Source: a bacterium
Lineage (GTDB): Bacteria > Actinomycetota > Acidimicrobiia > Acidimicrobiales > Bin134
NCBI GenBank assembly: GCA_026705465.1
Contig: JAPPAP010000017.1
Location: 6,100-70,099 of the forward strand
Reading direction: 5' to 3'
Length of the DNA stretch: 64,000 nt
Positions 25,499 to 35,590 of this stretch are shown here, piece after piece. The position numbers and the translations under genes are program-made. The number at the start of each line of letters is the position of its first letter. Position 1 is the first letter of the stretch. The notes under the pieces are model-generated. The model ran no database searches, had not been told where the DNA came from, and saw only the letters and a program-made list of their open reading frames with translations.

Positions 25499-26959
25499 AT
25501 GTCTGGCCCCCCTCCCGGCTTCTTCGATGAGGCTGTCGACGAGCACGGGCAAACCCGGGATCACTACCGGCCGGTGCAGGAGTGGTTCGACCGGCTGACG
25601 CTAGAGCAGGTCAAAGCCCTCGAAGAGCAGCGCAATGAGTCGTTCCGCCGCCAGGGAATCACCTTCACGGTGTACGGCGGCGACGAGGGCACCGAGCGCA
25701 CGTGGCCCATGGACCTGTTCCCCCGGATCATCGACGCCGAGGAGTGGTCCATGCTGGAGCGGGGCCTGATCCAGCGGGTCACCGCCCTCAACCGCTTCCT
25801 CGACGACATCTACGCCGGCGAGCAGGCCATCCTCCACGACGGGATCGTCCCCCGCAGGCTGATCACCTCGTGTACCGGCTTCGAGCGGGAGGCCATGAAC
25901 GTGGCCGTCCCGCTGGGAGCCCGCTGCCTGGTGGCCGGAATCGACCTGGTGCGCGACGCCGACGGCGCCTACCGGGTGCTGGAGGACAACCTGCGCAACC
26001 CCAGCGGCATCTCCTATGTGATCGAGAACCGGGCCGCCATGACCAAGCTGTTGCCCGCCGCCTTCTCCGACCTGGCGGTTCGCTCGGTGGACCACTACGG
26101 CCGCTCGCTGCTGCGGGCCTTGCGCTCCATCGCCCCGCCGGCCTGCGGCGATGACCCCACGGTGGTGGTGCTCACTCCAGGCATCTTCAACTCGGCCTAC
26201 TTCGAGCACGCCTTTTTGGCCCGCAGCATGGGCGCGGAGCTGGTAGAGGGACGAGACCTGGTGGTGGACGACCACATGGTGGCCATGCGCACCACCCGGG
26301 GCCTCGAGCGGGTGGACGTGATCTACCGCCGCATCGACGACGCCTTTCTGGATCCGGTGGTGTTCAACCCCAGCTCCACCCTGGGGGTGCCTGGGCTGAT
26401 GGCCGCCGCTCGGGCAGGCACGGTGTCGGTGGCCAATTCGGTGGGCAACGGGGTGGGCGACGACAAGGCGGTCTACGCCTACGTGCCCGACATGATCCGC
26501 TACTACCTGGGCGAGGAGACGATCATCCCCAACGCCGACACCTACCTGCTGTGGGAGGAGGACCAGCGAGCTGAGGTGCTGAAGCGGCTGGACCAACTGG
26601 TGGTCAAACCGGTGGCCGAGTCCGGCGGCTATGGCATCGTGATCGGGCCCCGGGCCACCGACGCCGAGCTGGCTGAGGCCCGGGAGAAGATCTTGGCCGA
26701 TCCCCGCAACTGGATCGCCCAGGAGGTGGTGAACCTGTCCCGGCTGCCGGCGTGGAGCGGCGACGGATTCGCCCCCCGCCACATCGACCTGCGCCCGTTC
26801 GTGTTGAGCGGCGAGCAGGTGGAGGTGATCCCCGGCGGGCTCACCCGAGTGGCCCTGCGGGAGGGATCGCTCATCGTCAACAGCTCACAGGGCGGGGGAT
26901 CCAAGGACACCTGGGTGCTGGGCAATTCCGACCAACTCGATCAGGCCGCGGCAAGCTGA
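25499..26959 (+). CDS. Circularly permuted type-2 ATP-grasp protein (COG2308)
   Basis: 486 aa. Family-typical segments are ...FTVYGGDEGTERTWPMDLFPRII... and ...VVKPVAESGGYGIVIGP.... Confidence 0.85.
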   Translation: MSGPPPGFFDEAVDEHGQTRDHYRPVQEWFDRLTLEQVKALEEQRNESFRRQGITFTVYGGDEGTERTWPMDLFPRIIDAEEWSMLERGLIQRVTALNRFLDDIYAGEQAILHDGIVPRRLITSCTGFEREAMNVAVPLGARCLVAGIDLVRDADGAYRVLEDNLRNPSGISYVIENRAAMTKLLPAAFSDLAVRSVDHYGRSLLRALRSIAPPACGDDPTVVVLTPGIFNSAYFEHAFLARSMGAELVEGRDLVVDDHMVAMRTTRGLERVDVIYRRIDDAFLDPVVFNPSSTLGVPGLMAAARAGTVSVANSVGNGVGDDKAVYAYVPDMIRYYLGEETIIPNADTYLLWEEDQRAEVLKRLDQLVVKPVAESGGYGIVIGPRATDAELAEAREKILADPRNWIAQEVVNLSRLPAWSGDGFAPRHIDLRPFVLSGEQVEVIPGGLTRVALREGSLIVNSSQGGGSKDTWVLGNSDQLDQAAAS

Positions 26960-27978
26960 TGCTGGCCCGACACGCCGAGGACATGTTCTGGGCCGGCCGC
27001 TACCTGGAGCGGGCCGAGGACACCGCCCGGATGGTGCGGGCCACCCTGCTCAGCACCGTGGCTGAGAGCCCGGCCCAGGCCATCGACCGCATGCAGAACC
27101 TGATCCGCACGCTGCGGCTGGAAGTGCCGACCCCCACCGAAGACGTGGAGACCATGGCCGAGCAATTGGCACCGTCGCCGCCCATGCTGCGGAGCGAGTC
27201 CGGGCTGGGCATCGACGTGCAGGTTGCGGCCACCCGCCTGGTGGCCTCACCGGCGCTGGCCGGATCGGTGGCGTTCTGCATCGGCCGCACCAGGGAGAAC
27301 TTCCGATCCCTGCGGGATCAGATCCCCTCGGAGCTGTGGGAGCAGATCAATGAATTCCACCTCCGGCTCCGCCAAGACGACTTCCCCGCGGCCATGGAGC
27401 ACGACCCGTTCCAAACCCTCGACTTCATCCGGGTGAGCTGCCAGTCGCTCACCGGTGTCATCAGCTCGTCGATGGCCCAGGGCGAGGGCTACCGGTTCTT
27501 GGTGTTGGGCCAGATGCTGGAGCGGGCGCTGATGACCTGCCGGCTGGTCAGCGTCCGCTACCCCGAACTCGACGGATCGTCCTACGACGAGATGGCCCTC
27601 ACCCTCCGGTCGGTCTCGGCCCTGGAGGCCTATCAGCGGGCCAGCCAGTCGTCTCCCCTCGGCTCCGATGTGGCCCGATTCCTCATGGTCGACGGCTCAT
27701 TCCCCCGGTCGGTGCTCTATTGCCTGCGATCAAGCGAGAACCACGTCGAAGCCTTGGCCGCCAACGGCCGGCCCCCGCCCCTTCGACGTCTGGCCCAGCT
27801 CCGCTCAGAGCTGGAGTACGCCGACTTCGACACCATGGTGGGCGACCTGCCCCGTCATCTGTCTGCTCTGGAATCCGGGGTACGGGATGTGGCCATCCTG
27901 GTGGGCAACCACTTCTTCCGCAACGCCGAGTCCTTCGACCTCCACAGCCAGGCGATCATGCCGGGGGTGTCGTCGTGA
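26959..27978 (+). CDS. Alpha-E domain protein (COG2307)
   Basis: It starts MLARHAEDMFWAGRYLERAEDTARM, the canonical alpha-E N-terminus. The ATG overlaps the upstream TGA by 1 nt. Confidence 0.85.
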   Translation: MLARHAEDMFWAGRYLERAEDTARMVRATLLSTVAESPAQAIDRMQNLIRTLRLEVPTPTEDVETMAEQLAPSPPMLRSESGLGIDVQVAATRLVASPALAGSVAFCIGRTRENFRSLRDQIPSELWEQINEFHLRLRQDDFPAAMEHDPFQTLDFIRVSCQSLTGVISSSMAQGEGYRFLVLGQMLERALMTCRLVSVRYPELDGSSYDEMALTLRSVSALEAYQRASQSSPLGSDVARFLMVDGSFPRSVLYCLRSSENHVEALAANGRPPPLRRLAQLRSELEYADFDTMVGDLPRHLSALESGVRDVAILVGNHFFRNAESFDLHSQAIMPGVSS

Positions 27979-28928
27979 GACTGGACATCTGCTACCGAAC
28001 GAAGTTCGCGTTCGACGCCCCGGTGCGGGAGTCCCAGAACGAGATGCGAGCCTGTCCCATCTCCGACGAGCGCCAGCAGCTTCTGAGCTACCGGGTGATC
28101 GTCGAGCCGTCGGCCAGGATGCTGTCGTTCACCGATTATTGGGGCACTCGGGTGGACCACTTCGGCGTCACCGACGCCCACGCCGCACTCGAGGTCATCG
28201 CCGAGGCCTCGGTGGAGACCCAAGACCCGCCGCCGGTGGCCACCGGCCCGCCGTTGGACACGCTGAAGGTGCCGGGGTTCCGCGACCGACACGAAGAATT
28301 CCTCAAGCGCAGCCCCCACACCGACTGGAACGAGGACTTGGCCCAAGCAGCCCGCAGTCTGGCCGAGGCCAACGGGTCGAATGTGACCAGCGCAGTGATG
28401 GAGGTCAACCAGTTCGTTGGAGACAAGCTCTCCTATGAGCCCGGCTCCACCGAAATCGGCGAGCCCATTGCCGACATCGCGGCCAAGGGAGTCGGCGTTT
28501 GCCAGGACTACGCCCATCTGGCCGTGGCCCTGTGCCGAAGCATCGGCATCCCGGCCCGCTATGTGTCCGGCTACCTGTTCTCCAGCGACGACCGCACCGG
28601 CAGCATCGACGGCGATCTCGTTCGGGTGCAGACCCACGCCTGGTTCGAGGCCGCGGTTCCCGGCCTGGGCTGGCTGCCGCTCGATCCCACCAACCAGCTG
28701 GCGGTGGGGCGCCAGCACGTCAAGATCGGCCACGGCCGCGACTACGACGACGTGCCCCCGTTGCGGGGCGTCTACTCCGGCCCGGGCGCTCCCACGCTGG
28801 AGGCGTCAGTGGAGATCCGACAGATGGACCCCACCCGCCCGCCGCGTGCGTCGATGCAGCCCGCGCTCCTGCGGCCCGTGCAAGCTCCCCGCACCCGCCA
28901 GCAACAGGAACAGCAACAACAGCAGTGA
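27975..28928 (+). CDS. Transglutaminase-like cysteine protease family protein (Bact_transglu_N + transglutaminase core) with a C-terminal poly-Gln tail
   Basis: The GTG start overlaps the upstream stop (GTGA). The core is ...GVCQDYAHLAVALCRSIGIPARYVSGY...HAWFE...DPTN.... The protein ends ...RTRQQQEQQQQQ. Confidence 0.85.
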   Translation: MRLDICYRTKFAFDAPVRESQNEMRACPISDERQQLLSYRVIVEPSARMLSFTDYWGTRVDHFGVTDAHAALEVIAEASVETQDPPPVATGPPLDTLKVPGFRDRHEEFLKRSPHTDWNEDLAQAARSLAEANGSNVTSAVMEVNQFVGDKLSYEPGSTEIGEPIADIAAKGVGVCQDYAHLAVALCRSIGIPARYVSGYLFSSDDRTGSIDGDLVRVQTHAWFEAAVPGLGWLPLDPTNQLAVGRQHVKIGHGRDYDDVPPLRGVYSGPGAPTLEASVEIRQMDPTRPPRASMQPALLRPVQAPRTRQQQEQQQQQ

Positions 28929-28941
28929 GTATCTGGTCGCG

Positions 28942-29817
28942 CTAGATCCGGGCCTCGCGCACGTCGAGGCGCCTGAGGAGCTCATCGCCCACAAAGTTCA
29001 AAGCCATGAGCGTGACGAACATCACCCCGCCGGTAATCAACGCGATGTGAGGGGCATCCTCCAGTCTTCCCTTTCCGGCAGCCAGGATGTTGCCCCAGGT
29101 GATGCTGGGCGAGCCCACGCTCACCCCGATGAACGACAGGCTCCCCTCGGCGATGATCACAATTCCCATGGCCAAAAAGGCGATGGATGCCAGAGCCGGC
29201 ACCACATTGGGCATCACTTCCCGGAACAGCAATCGGGGCCATTTGGCCCCCATCATGTGGGCCACGGTCACAAACTCCCGAGCCGCGAACCGCAGCGCTT
29301 GGGCCCGGGCGATGCGGGCGATGGCCGGGATCGTCAAAACGGTCACTGCGATGGTGACGTTCAAGTAGCTCTCTCCCAGCATGGTCACGATGAACAGGGC
29401 GAATACCAGCGCGGGCAGGGCCAGCGCCACATTGACCACGCTGCTCACTCCGAGATCGATCCACTTGCCGAAGTAACCGGCCAACACGCCCAGAACACCG
29501 CCCACCACGATCCCGATGCCCACCGCTGGTCCGGCGATGGACAGCGACAGCCGGCCACCCCACACTGAGCGGGCGAACATGTCCCGACCGAGCTGGTCGG
29601 TGCCGAACCAATGCGACCAACCTGGCCCCTCTTCGGGCTGTCCGGCCAGGGGCTTTTGAGGGTCGTCGAGAAATCCCAGCCAAGGCGCCAGCACGGCGCT
29701 GGCTATCACCAAGGTCAGCCACCCCACCGATAGCCACAGGGCAACATTGTGCCGTTGCCGGCGAGGGGCGACTTCGGGTTGGGAGCCCGTGATGGCGGTG
29801 GTGTGGGCGTCGGTCAT
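28942..29817 (-). CDS. ABC transporter permease (Dpp/Opp C-type)
   Basis: Multi-TM protein with the binding-protein-dependent transport signature region ...AQALRFAAREFVTVAHMMGA.... Confidence 0.9.
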   Translation of the reverse strand: MTDAHTTAITGSQPEVAPRRQRHNVALWLSVGWLTLVIASAVLAPWLGFLDDPQKPLAGQPEEGPGWSHWFGTDQLGRDMFARSVWGGRLSLSIAGPAVGIGIVVGGVLGVLAGYFGKWIDLGVSSVVNVALALPALVFALFIVTMLGESYLNVTIAVTVLTIPAIARIARAQALRFAAREFVTVAHMMGAKWPRLLFREVMPNVVPALASIAFLAMGIVIIAEGSLSFIGVSVGSPSITWGNILAAGKGRLEDAPHIALITGGVMFVTLMALNFVGDELLRRLDVREARI

Positions 29818-30758
29818 TTTCGCCGTATCCGGGGGTCGAGCACGGAGTAGAGCAGATCAACCAGCGTGGTCACGGTGACGAACACCGCGGCGATCAACGC
29901 CACCAGGGTCTGAACCAACAGGAACTCCCGGGCCGCCACCCAACTCACCAGCAGCGATCCGACGCCGTCAAGATCGAATAGGAACTCCACCACGATGGCG
30001 CCGTTCACCGCTTGGGCGGCCTGGATGCCGAAGATGGTGAGCAGGGTGAAGCTGGACGGGCGCAGCACATGGCGGAACAGCACATGGCGCACCGGTAAGC
30101 CCTTGGCCCGGGCTGTGCCCACAAAGTCCTCCTGGAGCGTGCCGATCACGTCGGTACGGAGCAGTCTCAGATAGACGGGAAACAGCCCGGCCGCCAGCGT
30201 CGCCGCGGGAAGGAACATCACCTTGAAATGGGCCACCAGCCCCTCTGAAATCGGCTGATAGCCACTCAAATCGAACCAGTCCAGCCTCACGGCAAACACC
30301 AGGATCAGCAACAGCCCGAGCACGAACACCGGGGTAGACAGCAGCGCGAATGCTCCACCGCTGGCGACCTTGTCGCCCACGCTGTTCTGCCTGTATCCCG
30401 TCCACAGCCCGAGGGGAATGGCCGCACCCAGAGCCAGGATCTGGGAATAGGCCAACAGCAACAGAGTGCGGGGCAATGCGTGGTTGATGGCCTCGCCGAA
30501 CGAACGCCCGGTGAGGTACGACTTCCCGAAGTCTCCGGTGAGCACGTCGCCGCCCCACTTGGCCCACTGCACGATGACCGGCTCGTCCAGATTGCGATCC
30601 CGCTCGCATTCAGCAATCTGCTCTTGGGTGGCGGCCCCGCCGAACGCGGCCACGCACGGGTTGCCGGGCAGCAGGTTCAGCATCCAATAGAACAGCAGGG
30701 TGACCGCCAGCACGACCACCGCAAGCTGGGCCAAGCGCATTCCGATGAACCGGAGCAT
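29814..30758 (-). CDS. ABC transporter permease (Dpp/Opp B-type)
   Basis: It begins MLRFIGMRLAQLAVVVLAVTLLFY..., and ...DFVGTARAKGLPVRHVLFRHVLR... is the EAA-loop region. It has a 4-nt overlap with the downstream permease gene. Confidence 0.9.
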   Translation of the reverse strand: MLRFIGMRLAQLAVVVLAVTLLFYWMLNLLPGNPCVAAFGGAATQEQIAECERDRNLDEPVIVQWAKWGGDVLTGDFGKSYLTGRSFGEAINHALPRTLLLLAYSQILALGAAIPLGLWTGYRQNSVGDKVASGGAFALLSTPVFVLGLLLILVFAVRLDWFDLSGYQPISEGLVAHFKVMFLPAATLAAGLFPVYLRLLRTDVIGTLQEDFVGTARAKGLPVRHVLFRHVLRPSSFTLLTIFGIQAAQAVNGAIVVEFLFDLDGVGSLLVSWVAAREFLLVQTLVALIAAVFVTVTTLVDLLYSVLDPRIRRK

Positions 30759-30811
30759 CGACCCGTCCTATCCCTCTGCCTTTTGGCCTCCTACCGGGCT
30801 GCGACCAGCGG

Positions 30812-32611
30812 TTACTGCTCGATCCAAGCCTCAGTCAAGAAGACTCGCCCGCCGAATACCCTCACGTGCTCAACCCCGCCGGGAAGGGTGAGGTTGTCGA
30901 CGCCATGCACATGGTCGTGGGCGGCGAATAACCAGTTCGAATGGTAGAACCAGATGTAGTGGACGGCCTCGGCAAACGCCCTGTTGATCTCTTCGGCTAG
31001 TTCCCTTCGACGGTCGAGGTCTTTGGTGGTCAAGGCCTCGTCCAACGCGCCATCGATTGCCGGGTTGTTGACCCGGCCGAAGTTCAGCGCGATCCCCTGA
31101 CCGAACTTGCTGTGCCACCAGGTCCGCTCCGCAGCCACGTCGTAGCTTTCGTGCTGGCGCCACAAGAAGGCGGTGAAATTGCCGATCACCGCCTGGGTGA
31201 TGAAGTCGGCCTGGTCCACCTGCGTGATGTCCACATCCAAACCGCAATCGCGCCACATGGAGGCGAGCAGCTCGGTATTGAGGAGGTTGGCCGGGTCATT
31301 GGTAGTACCGATCTGCGCGCTGGAAATACCCAAGCGAGCAATGGTGGCGCTCCCCGCATCGGGATCATGGGCCGGGAATCCCGAGTCCTCCAGATAGCCG
31401 GGAGTTCCCGGTGAGAACGGACCGGAGGCGGGCACTTGCCCGTCCCAGCGGATGGTGTTGAACGTCTGACGGTCGGTGCATTGGGCCAGTGCTCGCCGGA
31501 ACTCTGGGTTGTCGTACGGGGGCCTCGAGTTGTTCAACAAGAGGTAGGTGGTCTCGTTGTACCTCTCCTCCTGCCAGTATGTCTTGAACTGCTCGTTGTA
31601 TTCGTCGATTCGAAGGCCGGTGTTCACGCTGCTGGCATCGAGGTCTCCCGACCTGAGGGCTGCGAACCGGCCATCGGTATCGGGGATGGGGCGGAACTCA
31701 AGTCCATCCAGATAGGGAAGCTGGCGGCCCTCAGCATCGGTGCGCCAGTAGTTCGGATTGCGGACCATCCGGGTGATGTCGTTGGGAATCCACTCGTCCA
31801 GCATGAACGGGCCGGTGCCGATGGGGTTGCGGGCCGCTCCCTCCTGGCCAAGATCGTGCATCGACGGTGCCCCGAAATAGCCGAGATGGCTGGTCAGGAA
31901 GTTGGGAAGGGCGGCATATGACTTGCCCAACACCATCTTGATGGACACATCGTCCACGACCTCGATGGTTTGAATCTCCCAGTCGCTGACGATGATGCCG
32001 GTCAGGGTGCCCTTTTGCTGTTCCTCGAAGTGGCGCTTGAGCGCGGCCCCATCCGCCGGTGTCCCATCGTGGAAGGTGATCCCCGGGCGCAAGGTGAGGG
32101 TCCACTCACTGAAGTCGTCGTTGGAGGTGATGCTCTCCAGCAGATTGGGCACGGCCTCGCCATCGGGACCTTCAATGGTCAAGGTGTCGTAGAGGGCCCG
32201 GAACAGGATGTGACCCGACACCGCGGCCTGGGCATTCACCGGGTTCAGCCCATTGGTGGTCTCCGCCTCCAAGCCCACCACCAGCGTGCCTCCGTACTGA
32301 GGCTCCATCGCTGCTGCGGGGGCTTCATCCTCCGAGCTTGAGGTGTCATCGGGCGCCGCTGCGTCTTGCTCCCCGCTGTCGTCGGTGCTGGGTTGGGCCT
32401 GTTCATCACCATCACCGCTGGGAGCGGGGGCTTCGTCGCCGTCGTCCCCCGAGGGCGCCTCAGGGGCCGCAGTGGCCTCAGCGGCCACTCCGCTGCCGGT
32501 GTCATCGTCGTCGTTCCCGCCGCCGCAGGCCGTGGCCACCAGTGCCACCGCGCAGAGCAGGGCCAGCCACCGCCACAACGCCATTTTTGGGATCCGCCTG
32601 AAACCGAACAT
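30812..32611 (-). CDS. ABC transporter substrate-binding lipoprotein, family 5 (peptide/nickel/opine type)
   Basis: The lipobox is LVATAC, followed by an acidic D/E/G/S linker and then an SBP_bac_5-like body (...YGGTLVVGLEAE...). Confidence 0.9.
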   Translation of the reverse strand: MFGFRRIPKMALWRWLALLCAVALVATACGGGNDDDDTGSGVAAEATAAPEAPSGDDGDEAPAPSGDGDEQAQPSTDDSGEQDAAAPDDTSSSEDEAPAAAMEPQYGGTLVVGLEAETTNGLNPVNAQAAVSGHILFRALYDTLTIEGPDGEAVPNLLESITSNDDFSEWTLTLRPGITFHDGTPADGAALKRHFEEQQKGTLTGIIVSDWEIQTIEVVDDVSIKMVLGKSYAALPNFLTSHLGYFGAPSMHDLGQEGAARNPIGTGPFMLDEWIPNDITRMVRNPNYWRTDAEGRQLPYLDGLEFRPIPDTDGRFAALRSGDLDASSVNTGLRIDEYNEQFKTYWQEERYNETTYLLLNNSRPPYDNPEFRRALAQCTDRQTFNTIRWDGQVPASGPFSPGTPGYLEDSGFPAHDPDAGSATIARLGISSAQIGTTNDPANLLNTELLASMWRDCGLDVDITQVDQADFITQAVIGNFTAFLWRQHESYDVAAERTWWHSKFGQGIALNFGRVNNPAIDGALDEALTTKDLDRRRELAEEINRAFAEAVHYIWFYHSNWLFAAHDHVHGVDNLTLPGGVEHVRVFGGRVFLTEAWIEQ

Positions 32612-32673
32612 GTCACATACCCCCCATGTCGGCAGTAGCTACCACCGTATCGCAGCAAGAAAAAGCGCGCTCC

Positions 32674-34494
32674 CTAGCGATTGTCCAGCCAAGTCTCGGC
32701 CAAGAACACCCGGCCCAGGAACACCTTGGGATGCTCCCCTCCCTCGGGGAGCGTGAGGTTGTCAATCCCATTCACATAGTCCTGAGTGGCCACTAGCCAC
32801 CGCGAGTAGTAGAGCCAAATGTTGTAGACACCCTCGGCGAACGCCCGGCTGACCTCCTCGGCCAGTTCCTGCTGCCGCTCGTCGTCATCGGTGGTGATCA
32901 CCTCATCCAGCGCCGCGTCGATTCGCGAGTCGTTGACTCGCCCGAAGTTGATGGCCGGAATAGGGAGGGGCGGGCCATAGGCGCTGTGCCACCAGAACCG
33001 CTCCATGGCCAGGCTGTACCCGCTGTGGTTGACCGCAATGAATGTGGAGAAGCTCCCGAAGACGGCTTGGGTCACCGCCTCGGTCTGGCCTAGCTGAACG
33101 ATGTCTACGTCCAGCCCGCAGTCGCCCCACATGCTCACCAAGAGCTCGGCTTGGAGGAGGTCCAGGGTGGTGGTTGTGGTGGTTATATCGAAGCGGGGGG
33201 CACCCAGACGCTCAAAGGTCGCCCGACCGGCATCGGGATCGTAAGCCGGAAAACCGGAGTCCTCCAGATAGCCGGGAGTTCCCGGAGAGAACGGCCCGGT
33301 GGCCGGCGGCTGGCCGTCCCAGATCACGGCATTGAGAGTTTGCCGGTCGGTGCACTGGGCCAGCGCCCGGCGAAACTCCAGGTTGTCGAACGGGGGTTTC
33401 GCGGTGTTCATCTGAACATACGTGGTGGCCGAGTACCGGTCGTCCTGCCAGTGGGTCTTGAAGCCCTCGCGGTATTGCTCAACCCTCCTCCCGCTGTTGT
33501 CGACGCTGGCATCCACCTCGCCGGCCCGCAGTGTGTTGAACCGGGTCTCATCGTCTTCAATGGGGCGGAACTCGATGGCGTCAAGGTAGGGAAGCTGTCG
33601 GCCCTGGGCGTCGGTGCGCCAATAGTTCGGGTTGCGCACCACCCGGGTCACATCGTGCTCAGCCCAGTCTTCCAGCATGAATGGGCCGGTTCCGATCGGG
33701 TTGCGGGCACTGTCGGTGCCTAGGTCGTACATGGTCGGGGAAGGCAGAAAGCCGCCCGCGCTGGTGAAGCCCAGGGGGAAATCGGCGAACGATCTTCCCA
33801 AGGTGACCTTCACGCTCAAGTCGTCGATTGCCTCAGCGCTCTGCATCGCAGCATCGTTAATGGCCAGCCGCGACAGGGAGCCCCGCCCCATCTCGTCCAT
33901 ATGTCGGACAAGGGCAGCCGAGTTCACCGGCGAGCCGTCATGGAACGTGATCCCCGGTCGCAGTGTGAACGTCCACTCGGTGTAGTCCTCGTTGGGCGAG
34001 AAGCTCTCCAGCAAGAACGGAATCGGCTCGCCATCGACCCCCTCGATGATCAGCGGGTCATAGATCTGCCGCAACACGATATGTCCCGACGTCGCGGCGG
34101 TGGTCGTAATCGGATTCCATCCCCCCGTGGTCTCCGCGTCCAGCCCGAACACCAGCGTGCCGCCGTAGACAGGTTCGGGTCCGACAGGCGGTTCCTCCTC
34201 GTCGGGCACAGATGGCGCTCCGGTCGACTCCGGCTGGCCTTCGTCATCAGTGCCGCTCTGTTGGCCATCAGGCTGCTCGTCTTCGGCGCTGTCGCCGCCA
34301 TCGTCGCCGCTGTCTTCGCCATCGCCGCTATCGTCGCCGCCCGTCGCGGTCGGTACCGAGGTCTGTTCGACCGCCGCACCGCTGTTATCGCCGTCGCCTC
34401 CCCCACCACAAGCTGAAGCCAGCAGTGCGACCACGCAAAGGGCGACCAACCACTGCCAATGCGTGTTTCTCAAGGATCGAGAACTCTTGAACAC
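32674..34494 (-). CDS. ABC transporter substrate-binding lipoprotein, family 5 (tandem paralogue)
   Basis: The lipobox is LLASAC, followed by an acidic linker. The protein is colinear and clearly similar to the 30812-32611 product along its whole length. Confidence 0.9.
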   Translation of the reverse strand: MFKSSRSLRNTHWQWLVALCVVALLASACGGGGDGDNSGAAVEQTSVPTATGGDDSGDGEDSGDDGGDSAEDEQPDGQQSGTDDEGQPESTGAPSVPDEEEPPVGPEPVYGGTLVFGLDAETTGGWNPITTTAATSGHIVLRQIYDPLIIEGVDGEPIPFLLESFSPNEDYTEWTFTLRPGITFHDGSPVNSAALVRHMDEMGRGSLSRLAINDAAMQSAEAIDDLSVKVTLGRSFADFPLGFTSAGGFLPSPTMYDLGTDSARNPIGTGPFMLEDWAEHDVTRVVRNPNYWRTDAQGRQLPYLDAIEFRPIEDDETRFNTLRAGEVDASVDNSGRRVEQYREGFKTHWQDDRYSATTYVQMNTAKPPFDNLEFRRALAQCTDRQTLNAVIWDGQPPATGPFSPGTPGYLEDSGFPAYDPDAGRATFERLGAPRFDITTTTTTLDLLQAELLVSMWGDCGLDVDIVQLGQTEAVTQAVFGSFSTFIAVNHSGYSLAMERFWWHSAYGPPLPIPAINFGRVNDSRIDAALDEVITTDDDERQQELAEEVSRAFAEGVYNIWLYYSRWLVATQDYVNGIDNLTLPEGGEHPKVFLGRVFLAETWLDNR

Positions 34495-34518
34495 CCATGG
34501 ACCTCCTGCTGCAAACGG

Positions 34519-35514
34519 TCAGAAGCGTAGTTCAGGTGACAAGTATGTGTTCCTTATCTGCTCTCCGAATTCAGAATAAGACAACGCATCAGGCCCGTCA
34601 GGGACAATCACGCCCCGACGGGCGCAATCCTCGGCCATCGTGGCGATCAACGTCGCCTCATCCAGGTCGTCGAGATGCTGGTCGTACACCTCGGCCTCAT
34701 AATCGTCGTCGAATACGAAGGCTTTCCACGACAGCGACACTCGCACCTCGTCGAATGCATGCCGTACCGGCTCATGGCCGGGCTCTTCGATCACCCACTG
34801 CCGATCGGGGGTCAGTGTGATGGTGGCGTCGAAGCCGTACTTGGCGTAGTCGGCCTCTACGCCGATGGACTCCACCCGATGGGGCATGTAGTCGTTGTCG
34901 CCCATCACGCCGTAGTTGTAGGGGGGCTTTACCGACACCAACTCGCCGTCCCAGCCCTCGGGCCAATAGGTGAACTCCCCTCCCGGACCGTCGTAGTACC
35001 AGCACACCGCAGTGGCGATTCGCACCCGCCAGCGATCGAAGCACCCCGAGTGCATCATGCAGTTGAGCAGCCAGGTGGGATAGTCGTCTCGGCCCACTCC
35101 CCGAAAGGAGGGAATATCGGTGTGGCGGGCGTACTGGCCGCTGGGAGCGTTGATGTTCACATAGGTGAAGTAGGGACGCACCACCTCGGCGCCGTAGAGC
35201 TGGCGGGCGGATTCGATGAACCGGGGGTTGTTGACGATGGTGTCTGCTCCCTCCACGGCCTGTTCCTCGGCTCCCCAGGTGGTGCGGAACACAGGTGGCA
35301 CCCGGGGCTCGCCGTCCACCACATCGACGAACGGCGGCACATCGCCGGTCTTGGCCCCGGCCCGAAGGGCAGCCCGGCTCTCCACAAACTCAGCGCCGGC
35401 CAGCGTCAGCGGATGGGGCGACTGGCGCTGCAAGATGCCCAGCAGCACATCGGGGCTCTCCAGGGCCTGTTCCATGATGACCGGAGGTCGGGGCAGGGTG
35501 GTCGTGCGCATCAC
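34519..35514 (-). CDS. Hypothetical protein, first gene of the ABC-importer operon; possible non-heme-iron (HxD...H) oxygenase-like protein
   Basis: Coherent 331-aa ORF with non-antisense composition. It contains ...YARHTDIPSF... and a later ...DYMPHRVES.... I do not recognise a family. An alternative start is at 35475. Confidence 0.55.
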   Translation of the reverse strand: MMRTTTLPRPPVIMEQALESPDVLLGILQRQSPHPLTLAGAEFVESRAALRAGAKTGDVPPFVDVVDGEPRVPPVFRTTWGAEEQAVEGADTIVNNPRFIESARQLYGAEVVRPYFTYVNINAPSGQYARHTDIPSFRGVGRDDYPTWLLNCMMHSGCFDRWRVRIATAVCWYYDGPGGEFTYWPEGWDGELVSVKPPYNYGVMGDNDYMPHRVESIGVEADYAKYGFDATITLTPDRQWVIEEPGHEPVRHAFDEVRVSLSWKAFVFDDDYEAEVYDQHLDDLDEATLIATMAEDCARRGVIVPDGPDALSYSEFGEQIRNTYLSPELRF

Positions 35515-35590
35515 GACACATTACGACACGGGGTAGGGTGGATCAGAAGGGCTCGCCCGAGTCGTCCGGAGTTTTCCGCAAGGAGCTTCT

